Shown here: one piece after another, positions 52,001 through 62,254 of the stretch
Numbering within the stretch: the first letter of the stretch is position 1
Layout of the letters: every line of letters starts with the position of its first letter
NCBI RefSeq assembly: GCF_002113885.1
Contig: NW_018408727.1
Coordinates: 276,334 to 340,333 of the forward strand
Reading direction: 5' to 3'
DNA length: 64,000 nucleotides
Source of the DNA: Mizuhopecten yessoensis
Lineage: Eukaryota
Notes under the pieces: model-generated
Told to the model about the DNA's origin: nothing
The model's input: only the letters and a program-made list of their open reading frames with translations
Database searches by the model: none
Position numbers and translations under genes: made by a program

Positions 52001-55000
52001 GAGTTTGGAGGTTCCTGGTTTTGAACCCGCATCTGGCCATGTATTTTTTCCATCTCTTGTAACAGTAGTGCCTGTGACCATGCAACCCTTGTTTCAAGCA
52101 TTGAAACCTAAATATATATACCTGAACCTGGGTTATAAATTATAAGTTATATCTTCGGAGGCTAAGACTGAAAAAAGGAGAGAGGAATGTAGCCGAACTG
52201 GATTGGGTCAGTTGTCGGCATCCAATTGGTAGAGCCTCTGTCTAGAGTTAGGAAGATCCTAGGTTCAAACCCTGGTCTGGCCGTGCTTTTTTAGGATGTT
52301 ACCAGTTTCCTGAATTGTAGATGGATAATGACAACTTAATTGTGTTATGACCTATCTTTTCCTTTATTATAGGTGTTTATTGCAAGAGTCTGTTGTGTGA
52401 GTTATCTCCCCTGTATTGTAGGTGCATGACAAGGGTCATGAGACCTGTGAAAGTAACCCATGTCCTTCTGTCATGAAAGTCCATGCAGGTCATCAGAATC
52501 TATTAGGTTCCTTAAATATCTACAGCTTTTATACGCTGTTGTCAGTATTTCACTACATGTATAAATTTAAGATACTTTTTATCACATAACTCGGAAAACT
52601 TACATTTTGACAAGTTTTAAAGCCAAAATGTAGAGGGCTTATAATCAAACGGAAACAGCCATTTTGTTGGGCCGTTCACAATTTATGATGTCACATCATT
52701 GTCCATATTATGACGTCACAATCAATTTCTGCCTGGCACAGTCAATGAAAAACACTCCAGGGTATATTACACTAGTGACACTTTTATGCAAAAGTATCAC
52801 ACAGGCGAATTCACTGGATAACAGGCCGATTATGTGATAAATAAGTTGAATCATCTTTGTACTGTAGGTGGTTCACCATGACAGCATGAAGCTAGGAAAG
52901 TCCAAGGAAGAATTCCTAAACATCAATGGTCCAGTCATGGCGACTTCGTCCCAAGTTGTTGTGCTCCTGACAGAGGCGTCCACCACCTCTCCGTTTGTCT
53001 TCCACGAGGTCTTGTTTGCAGACTGGCTCGGCAAGAAGCTTGTCACTGCCATGTTTAAAAATGTCTGGACAAACTTCAGGGCCTCACTCAAAGCGGTACT
53101 GGGTAAGTAAGACAAGAGAGATAATTTTAAAGTCAAATAATAATCATACGGAAAATATCGGTCTACGTACGACATTAATAGAGGCATACAGTATTTGTTT
53201 TCATAAAACTTACAACTGGTCAAATATAAGCCCTTCACTGGTAAAAACTGTACTTTCCCAGTGTTAATTTGCCTTACACATTTAATATTTAATATGGTTT
53301 GTTTTGTATTATTGTTCACTGTCATTTGATAAATTCCCCGTCATTGTCGAAGGCGAAAAAGGCAAAAGTTTGTTAAAAACTATGGGAATTTTTTTCTAGT
53401 ATGCAGTGTATGCAAGTATGCAATGTGCAGGGTTTACAATGAATTTAATCTACTGTATTTTTATTTGCTGAAAAGCTGGGGTTGTAGATGATAACTTCTA
53501 ACATGGATAAATACTGAAGTACTTGTATTTAGCTGTTACAGGAGTTGTTGATATATTGACAGGTGAGTGCCCGTCTGTGGACTTTGAGACAAAGATGTAC
53601 AATGAGAGTCTAGATGTATTGGAGCACCACATCAAACCCCTGAGGCGAGTTCCCGGTGTCGTCCTGGAGCAGGCCTATCTCAACAAAATGGCAGAGGGCC
53701 TCAAGCCTCTGGAGGTTCTTGGCACTGTGTCGCCAGGTATAAATTTAACAGAAAGCAAAAGAATAATTGCAGACAGATTTAAAAATCTAAAATTTGAATA
53801 TTCTTATTGACAAGTCTATTCTTAACCCTTTCATCCCTATGTAACTTTAATAAACTCTACCATGCATTGATCTGGACAAGTCCATTAGGGTCTATAGTAG
53901 TGAAAGGGTTAAATATGTTCTTACTTATCAGCATGTCATACCTGTATACAGGTGTTGATCACCAGGACAAAGTGGAGGAGTCATTACCTAATGAGTATTT
54001 GCCTTTAGCCTTGTCCATCTGTCTATATGACAACTTGATAAGACTTAATTCTTACTAATTTAATTTTTACTAATTACTCTGATACAGCACTAGAAGACCA
54101 GAAGTCATAAAACTTCATATGTGGTTACATATTGAGGAGTACGACACCAATAAACCAAATGTAGGTCACTGTGACCTATATTGTCTGCTTGACTAGTTAT
54201 ACACCATGTTTAGCACAATTTCTTATCAGAGTTGGAGTGGGGGTATATGTACTGTATGTTTTAAAAACTTTTCATATTTTTAGTAGATGGTAGTTGTTAT
54301 TCCCTGCGTAATGTTCAGCAATAAGGGGAATGGTAACAACTGGTTCACCAGTTGTCAGTATAATGTGACCGGGCGCAATGCTGTGCTTGGTGCCGTCGGC
54401 ATAGCATTTTCGTTGAGATAGCACTATGAAGTTGGCATCAGATCCGCGCTATCATAAGGAGGCAAGCACACTAACATACCCTGTCTCCTGCATACACACA
54501 CGCAAGCAGGCATACACTACATACACGGAGGCACGTCCTTAAATTACATTAGCTGTTAATAGGACGTTAAACAAAATTAAACCAAACCTCATTTGTCGTA
54601 ATAGTGTTTTTGTGTTTATAAACAGGTGGGGGCCAGTCTCAGTACCATACGGATGGCGAACCTCAGGTATTTATCAGCTACCAGTGGGACATGCAGGTGA
54701 AGGTCCTGGACATCAAACAGATGCTAGAGAACAATGGGCTTCAGTGCTGGGCAGACATAACCATGGCGAGCACCACGCAGCCGCGCGGCCACAGCAGCAA
54801 GAGTAGTCGTAGTAGCGTCACGCTGCTGGAGGTCGGGGGCGAGACGCTGCAGAGCCAGATCCAGCGAAACATGAAGGCATCGGCTGTCGTTGTGTGCTGT
54901 ATCACCCCTAAATACCTCCAGAGTGACAACTGCAAGAAAGACCTTACACTAGCCGAGACATTCAATAAACCCATCATTCCCGTCCTCCTCAGGTTCTCTC

Positions 55001-55146
55001 CCCTTGAGAGTGCCCCGGACCAGGTGCGAAAGATTATCACCAAGTTTAGTTGTGTGGACCTGAGTAACGATCGCCTTTACAAACAGCACATGGCAGTCGT
55101 CCTGGAGAGAGTAAAAAAGTATGTAGTTCCGCGTGGGTACAGCTGA
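43077..55146 (+). CDS. Cytosolic TIR-SAM-TIR-TIR protein (4 coding exons, 690 aa)
   Basis: Exons: 43077-44219, 52868-53102, 53563-53736, 54626-55146 (2073 nt, GT-AG, phase-consistent). TIR1 IFISYS...IWFDKDE...FSPSYFSCPVSMYE. SAM WGASDLQEWLFNLGI...MVDGFLLMSLT...HLGI. TIR2 IYLVYDPAD...VVVLLTEASTTSPFVFHEVLFA. TIR3 VFISYQWD...CWADI...CITPKYLQSDNCKKDLTLAETFNKPIIPV. No signal peptide or TM segment is evident. Confidence 0.88.
44608..45549. repeat. Degenerate 24-bp minisatellite (gacaaactataacagtcacagatt), about 39 copies
   Basis: Read directly; it accounts for the repetitive ORFs at 44625-45671. Confidence 0.93.
46186..46602 (+). mobile_element. Degenerate HINE-like element with tgaccttgacc/aggtcaca satellite units
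   Basis: 5' end ttattagctcacc and three units related to those at 35221-35910. Confidence 0.6.
47245..47566 (+). mobile_element. TIR element with internal tRNA-like cassette (47332-47403), copy C
   Basis: TIRs agatccctgtcccaatgc / gcagtggtacggggatcc|ttaa. A-box-like TAGCTCAATCGGTTAGAGC and B-box-like GAGTTTGAATCC. Confidence 0.8.
47677..47767. mobile_element. Tiny piggyBac-like MITE
   Basis: ttaa|ctcattcacccct ... agggtggatgag|ttag. Confidence 0.65.
48590..49318 (-). mobile_element. tRNA-cassette TIR element, copy D, interrupted by a nested transposon
   Basis: Homology to copies A and B on both sides of 48767-49186. Confidence 0.7.
48767..49186. mobile_element. 420-bp non-autonomous DNA transposon nested in copy D
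   Basis: TIRs cagtggcgtagc / gctatgccactg. Flanking duplication ctaac at 48762-48766 and 49187-49191. Confidence 0.85.
51628..51710. mobile_element. Tiny piggyBac-like MITE
   Basis: ttaa|cccattcacccc ... ggggtgaatgag|ttaa. Confidence 0.75.
51925..52304 (+). mobile_element. Miniature non-autonomous LTR retrotransposon (TRIM) with tRNA-like LTRs
   Basis: LTR1 51925-52064 (TGTAGC...TGTAACA), PBS-like gtagtgcctgtgacc, polypurine tract aaaaaaggagagaggaa, LTR2 52188-52304 (TGTAGC...TGTTACCA). Both LTRs contain A/B-box-like tRNA sequence. Confidence 0.75.
52576..52843. mobile_element. MITE-like element
   Basis: TIRs tttatcacataactcgg / ccgattatgtgataaa. Confidence 0.6.
53822..53912. mobile_element. 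Tiny piggyBac-like MITE
   Basis: ttaa|ccctttca ... tgaaaggg|ttaa. Confidence 0.75.
54285..54588 (+). mobile_element. SINE, 5'-truncated, resembling bivalve Meta-domain SINEs
   Basis: Core gttgtcagtataatgtgaccggg and tail gctgttaataggacgttaaacaaaattaaaccaaacc. A second copy lies inverted at 13771-14005. The family name is from recall. Confidence 0.75.
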
Positions 55147-55673
55147 TTGCTGGTGATATTGACATCAGACTTTCTTGTGATATGTATTTTCTCAACTTTT
55201 TTGTTTAATATAACACACTTTCTTAAAGTGTTGAACCCCAACATTGGACTTTGAACATGATAAAGTATGGAAATACCTTGTAATGCACAAGGAATATGAC
55301 CTTGTACATGTGTGATTTTTACACAATATATTTTCAGATCACTGTCCCGTGAGTAAACACAGGTAAAGAGGTTAACGTAACTAAGATATTTACACAACTA
55401 ATGAGATCTAATTTAATTTCTTTTCACAAAATTGTCACATGATTACAAATAAATGTATATGTTAACAATCTTTTGAAAATATGTCAGATAATTCCCCTTA
55501 CAAGGGTAGATCAGGTGAACCAGTTAAGGTTGAAATACTAAAAGCAATTAAAACAATAAATAACAATAAACTTGACCTATGACCTCAACGGTCGTGGAAA
55601 TTTGAGTTCGGTTTGAAAAATAATACTTTCCTCACTGTTTGAAAACTTTTAACATATAATTTCAGAAGGCATA

Positions 55674-55764
55674 TTAACCCTTTCACCACTATAGACCATA
55701 ATGGACTCATCCAGATGAATGTATGGTAGAGTCTACTCAAGCTACCTAGGGGTGAAAGGGTTAA
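55674..55764. mobile_element. Tiny piggyBac-like MITE, downstream of the TIR gene stop codon (possibly 3' UTR)
   Basis: ttaa|ccctttcacc ... ggtgaaaggg|ttaa. Confidence 0.78.
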
Positions 55765-58700
55765 AGAACAGTGCCATATTAGTAAAACTAGCTCACAGAA
55801 ATATGATTATAATGTTCCGTTGGTTATATGAAGCAAATGCTTTGATGAATGTATGTTAATGGTTTATGATGCCACACTGTCACAAAACCCTACAATGCAA
55901 TGATGTGTGATTGATCTGTACATACATGCACAGCACTGTTTGACACTGTTAATCAGAACTTATCTCTTACTTTAATGCTGTAACATGGTTGTATTATGTG
56001 AAAATGGAATGTACTTCAAGGTCATGGCTGTGATTGTCGTTTTCATATTTCCTAGTGTTTGTAATTTCGATGTGTGAATGCATTGGTATGGATGCGCCGT
56101 GTGTTCACATTGTATGGTTGGTTGCACGGTAAATTTGAATGTGTTGTGCTAGTCTGTAATGTAGGGATGGTATATAGCAATACTCTAGTTTTTTGGATGT
56201 GTTACGGGTGTGATGCGACCTTGGTGAGGAGGTGACGTTGCTAATTAGATTTATTTTTTTGCACAGGGATTGTTTTAGTGTGTACATTTAACGTTGTTAG
56301 ATCATTTAAAATTAATCTATTTTACAAAAAATAAGTTCTGTACTAAAATTGTATCGATTTACATTCTTGGCTGTGGCAATTATGATATTTTTGTTGTCAA
56401 TGGAATGGGTTTATTTTAATTTTTTTGTTATACATATTTTTTACCATATGAAGTACAGTATACCGTACACAAGTATATAAAATACCATTATCCTGCTCAA
56501 TTTCAGTGTTTCCCCAGCATACTGAATTCTGCAATATTTAGCACCAAAACAATTGAAAATTAATTGTTTTGAATGAAATAGAAGCAATTAAAAGCATATA
56601 CCAAAGTCATATATCTGGTATAAATTATCTTAGAAAATCCTGTGAGATAAACACAACAATACTTGGTCAATTACAATGTGCTACAATCATACTTATAATT
56701 ACGATTAAACAATACTAAGTGAAAAGTGTTGTGCACAACGTTATTTACAGAAATAATAAACCACTACATAAACTTGTTTGAGGAAATTTTCTGTTGATTT
56801 TATAGTTTTGTTTGGCATTTATGACTGTATCAAATCAATAAGGGACTCCCAGACAGACTTTCCTGAGCAATAAAAAATAAGCTATTTTTTCAACATTTTT
56901 TTGTAAAAAAATAATCACAGGTAAAAATATTTTTTTTTTTTTTGTAATCACTTTCAAAATAATTTATTTTCTTAGTTGCTAGCTATAAATAATATGTTAA
57001 CAGTATGTGTTTTCCAATAAAAGTGAGAAAAGAGCTAAATATGTATGTACACTTGGTACAATGGAAAGATGTCAGTCCAGACTATTTTATGTATAATAGA
57101 ATCTCATATGTCAGACCTCTTTTGTTTGTGTGTAATTTGGAATCTCAAAAAACAGACCACCTTGAATTGTGCGTAAAGTGAAACCTTGTTAGTCTGGACC
57201 CTTTAGTTTGTATGTAAAGTAGTAACTTGGATGTGAGGCAGCTGATGGTTTGTGTGTTAAATGAAACCTTATGAGTCTGATATGTTTGGTTGGTATGTGA
57301 AGTGGAGCCTTTGGATTGTGTATGAAGACGAACCTCAGAAGTCTGACTAGTTTGGTTTGTGTTATGTGGAACCTCAGAAGTCTGACCTCATTTGTTTGTG
57401 TGTAAAATTTCTTCTAACCCTGACTATTTAAGATTGTGAAAAATCTTGGAATATCAAAATTTATCACTTTAACAAATTATTCGAGGGAAAATGTGTTTTC
57501 ACTCTATTTTCAGTTGCCCCTTGCACGCTTTTCTGCGATTGTTGTTAGTGTATACTAAATCTATGGACGTTCAGGCTCTTTTACATGTATTTAAGTTTAT
57601 TTTTGTATAAGAAAAATATCCACATTTAGTTTTATAATACAAAATGAATTATTAATGAATTAATGATATAATTAGTTCATTGTTTGCTGTACATGTATTT
57701 GACAATTGTTATACAACTGGTGATCTTTAAGTTTTCTAAAAAAAAATCGTTTATAAATCCTGTGTTGCATTTACCAATGCGATTCTATTTTTTGTGGCAG
57801 CAGTTTGCAAGATCTTCCTTAAAATAGAAATATTCTAATGACTGAATAAAATTGCATCATGAATTTATACTTGTAGTACCAATTCAGTCTTTAGACCAAT
57901 ACCATATCAGAAAGAAATTAATGCAAAACATATCAGGGCTAGCAGAGCAGTAGATAAGCCCCCCTCCCCATTTGGCAGAGATATTTAATATTGATGAAAC
58001 TGTTTTAGTAAATAATATCAAAGTTTTAATTGATATACAAAGTATGTGTAAAACACATTGTTTGTGTATAAAGTAAAACTTTGATATTAAGTACATCTAA
58101 ACTTATGAATCTTATTGAAGGTAATATAGTAAATATATATTTCTTTTGTATAAAACTCTGTATTATTGTAAATGGGAAAGCAAATCTAAGTCGAAAGAAA
58201 AGCTGAACAGATAGGAACTCTCCTTCGTTGGAGATACAAAACAGAGCAATGTGACTTTCTACCTTAAGCAACATAGCGATACAATTTCTTATTTTGGCTT
58301 GCTTGAGTGCATTGTTAAATATTGAACCAGTAGATATGTATTTGTGATATTTTATCAAAAAGAAGGAGGCTATAGTCATAAAAAAAAATTGTGTTTATAC
58401 TCAAGTTGTGTGATCATATCATCTTCTTGTAATTTACAGAGATCTTGTAACAAATTCAAAAAGTAAATCACAAACTTAGGAAATATTGACGTTACAGCTC
58501 TCAGTGAAGCACAACAAAAACGGAATAACTTTATGTACTTTGTTTTAATTATTGTAGCATTTGAGATTGATCACAGAATCTGAGTTGTGTTGAGCATGAT
58601 AATGATTTTATGGCTACAGGCCCAGAGCCAAGAATATGTTTTATTAATCAATAATGTGTTGTCAATTTCATGATGTCTTCCACTGTTTTTGTGATAATAT

Positions 58701-59199
58701 TTTTGTGATAGTTATATGTTTTTGTTATATCATTAATGAGAATTTTCAACATGTTATTTACAGGTTATATGTCTCATAATGGCCACCAACTTGGATAATT
58801 GTTTCAAACTCCTATGGATTTTAGGATTGAATTTTGGATGATACAAATAGTATGCTTTGACTGGAAACCTGATAATTGTTGTAAACTTATAAAGACTGTA
58901 TCTTGGACAGAGTTAACCAAAAGTCAGCAAGGCTCACCAAATGTTTACTGTTGAATGGCGTAGGCCTATTTAAGAGCTTCGAGAAAAACCTAACACGAGA
59001 AAACCTAACACGTCTCTTTTTGTGTGTGTGTAAACCACCTGTAATTTCCAAATTTGTTTGGATTATATACAATCGCATTGAGCTTTACATAGTGTGTCAC
59101 TTTAAAATAAATGAATGAAGGGAGATAATGCTGTTTTGGCATTCAACACTTGTGGTTTAAATACAGAAGATTAATAAGAATTTATATGTATATTTTGTA

Positions 59200-60350
59200 C
59201 ATGTGTGTATGAAATTCTTCAATAAATAGGGGATTCCCATTTTATTGTGTGCAAGTGTATTAAACCTTAATTTCAATAGGGAATTGCCTTTGTACTGTGT
59301 ACACGTATAGGAAACCTTCCAATAGAAAGAGGGTTCCCTTTTAGGGGAATGCTCTTGTATTGTGTACAATAATCAAATAGGAGATTCCCCTTGTATTGTT
59401 TACACATATGTGAAACTTTCCAATAAATGGGGGATTCCCCTTGTATTGTTTATGCATATGTGAAACTTTCCAATAAATGGGGGATTCCCCTTGTATGTTG
59501 TACTAATATGTGAAATTTTCCAATAAATTGAGGGGATTCCCCTTGTATTTCGTACACATATGTGAAACTTTCCAATAAATTGGGGATTTCCCTTGTATTT
59601 CGTACACATATGTGAAATTTTCCAATAAATGGGGGGGATTCCCCTTGTATTTCGTACACATATGTGAAACTTTCCAATAAATGGGGGATTCCCCTTGTAT
59701 TTCGTACACATATGTAAAACTTTCCAATAAAAGGGGAATCCCCTTGTATTTCGTACACATATGTGAAACTTTCCAATAAATGGGGGCTCCCCTTGTATTT
59801 TGTACACATATGTGAAACTTTCCAATAGATATGGGATTGCCCTTGTATTGTGTACACATAAGTGAAACTTTCCAAGAAATACCGGATTCCCCTTGTATTG
59901 TGTATATTAAATATAGGGGATTCATGTAAAAGCTATATTTATATATATATAGTTTATAGTGATACTTCTGCTATTGTCTATACCAGTATGAAATATACAA
60001 GGTATATAGGGAATTCCCAATGTATTGTCTACGTGCCATTTTGAATAAATATGGAATTCGACTCATATTGTCTGCACCTGTAAGGAATATAGAAGATAAA
60101 TATTGTGTGAAACGTGAGATAGATAGGGAATTCCCCTCCAATTGTATGTCTTAACGTCTGTGAATTATCCAAGATAAATAGGGAGATTCCCATACGTCTT
60201 TTTACATGTGTGCGAAACGTGAAATAGACAGGGAATTCCACATGTATTGTCTATACGTCTGTGAATTATCCAAGATAAATAGGGGGATTCCCATACTTTG
60301 TTTACGTGTGTGTGAAACGTGAAATAATTTCGACAGGGAATTCTCCATCC
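59200..60350. repeat. 50-bp tandem repeat containing GGGGATTCCCC / GGGAATTCCC motifs
   Basis: Unit gtacacatatgtgaaactttccaataaatgggggattccccttgtatttc. The homogeneous core is 59380-59900, with degenerate flanks. Confidence 0.93.
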
Positions 60351-60839
60351 AATTTATAGAGAATTATTGTGTATGTTGAACAAAAATAAAACCAAATATG
60401 AAATAGACAATTATGTGTGATCATAGACCAGAGTGTTTACTCACCCTCTCCGTATTTTTTGATTGTAAGATATAGGTCTATAGATCTATTTCATTTAGAG
60501 TCAAAATTATTATTATATTACGGTATTCCTGACAATAAAAAAAACTACCAATCTATAAATGATGCATTGGTTTTCATTTGTTGACGAAGAAAACGTATGG
60601 CACATTCACCTTCAATTTTAAAATTGCTCCAAAAATAATGCAGATTTAAAACATCGGTCTCCGCATGTGACGGTGGTTAGTGATTTCGGAAAAGCTACTT
60701 ATATTGCCAGATTGCAATTTCAAACCGTCGGCACTTTCCGTAAACGAAGAAATATCGGAGTATTTTCTTGTTTATAGACTTTATTTAAAAAAAACAACTA
60801 ATAATTTATTTTTTAAGTTCTAAACTAGATGGAGATAAG

Positions 60840-61061
60840 CTAGTAGTAAATTGCAGTTTAGAAATTCTTCTTAAAAACTTGGGAGCTGGTAGCCAGTTTA
60901 TCTTGTTTACAGAAAGTGCGGACTTGAAAAAATACTTGAAAAACAATAGAGCAACGGTTTAAAAGTTATTTGAAGTACACCGGAGCGTTTCCACAAAGGG
61001 GAGTTTATGAGGACGATTTTCTAATGACAGCCAGTGTCAGTTCAGTATAACTTTAACTGTT

Positions 61062-61093
<32 letters not shown>

Positions 61094-61682
61094 TGGCCAC
61101 TTTCTTCTTTTTTAATTAACTGTTATGTGGAGAGAAAGAGAGAGAAATGGGAAAAAAAACACCATTAAGGTGGCCGTTTTCATCTTTAATAAGACTAGCA
61201 ATTAATTGCAAGTTGTCACGAGAACTCAGGAGACCGCATTTCAGACCTTTTCAAACTTCATTTCTGTTCCTTGACGTCTTCTAGGCCTCGTGCTACGCCT
61301 ACGCAACATGCATATATTGTACAATACTGAGTCACTCGTGAAACAGTTAAAAGTAGTATTTTCCGTAGTAGTAAAATGCAGTTGAGAAATTCTTTATAAA
61401 AACGATCTCGTTTACAGTAAGTGCGGACTGTTCCCGATTGAGATTTAAATTTGCATTTTTATATGAGTATAGAAAATGTACTTGAAAAACAATAGAACCA
61501 CGAGTTAAAAGTTATTTGAGGTACAATGGAGCGTTTCCACAAAGGGGAGTTTAAGAGGAAGATTTTCTAATGACAGCCTGTGTCAGTTCAGTGAAACTAT
61601 AACTGTTATGTGTGCATTTCAGACCTTTTCAAACTTCATTTTTCATGTTTTTGTTCCTGGATGAGGTCTGTTAGGCCTCGCA
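60840..61682. repeat. Diverged direct duplication (about 60840-61290 vs 61365-61682); the first copy carries (TG)n(AG)n
   Basis: Shared blocks include ggagcgtttccacaaaggggagttta, gattttctaatgacagcc and gcatttcagaccttttcaaacttcattt. Confidence 0.85.
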
Positions 61683-62254
61683 ACATTGTGAAACAGACGT
61701 TTCCGTCACTACACGATTGGTCCACGAGTATGATATAAAGACCTCTAAGTTACTGTAAGCATGGAATAGTAAGATAAGTCAGTGTTGTAAGAGGTGGGGC
61801 TCCAAAGTGATCCAGATTTTATACAAGGATTACATTATAACTATTGGTAGATACACGAATACCATCATTTTGGGTGACATATTTACCGGAAGTTGATCTT
61901 AACCGATAAAACGTGTAATGTTCTATTAAACACATCAGTTCAGATCCAAATATAGTTTTATGTACTGTAACGAATTCCCAGGTCGCTGTGGGTAATATTG
62001 TTTAGACGTTACTTAGTAAAATATATCGTCCCCAATGATGTACTGGAATGGCTACTATATCCACGTAAAATACATGCCCTTACGCAGGCATGGTTTCTGT
62101 TTCCTCAAAAACAATATGCTTTTTCTAAGCCGTTGTGCCCCGTTTTGCATATTCGTGAGGTTGAGGTCAGGATCGCGCAGATGAATCCAGTTTTTCACGG
62201 ACTATTTTATACGACAGCCCATATCAGCCGTCAAATTACTATTACTACTCTAAA

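Noticed and set aside
15431-55146. Prokaryotic SMC+TIR defence island (Wadjet/Lamassu/Thoeris) or horizontal transfer
   Set aside because: The genes are spliceosomal-intron-rich and the SMC is a standard eukaryotic SMC6.
59400-59925. Three overlapping 140-aa repetitive ORFs on the minus strand
   Set aside because: By-products of the 50-bp repeat cycling through reading frames.
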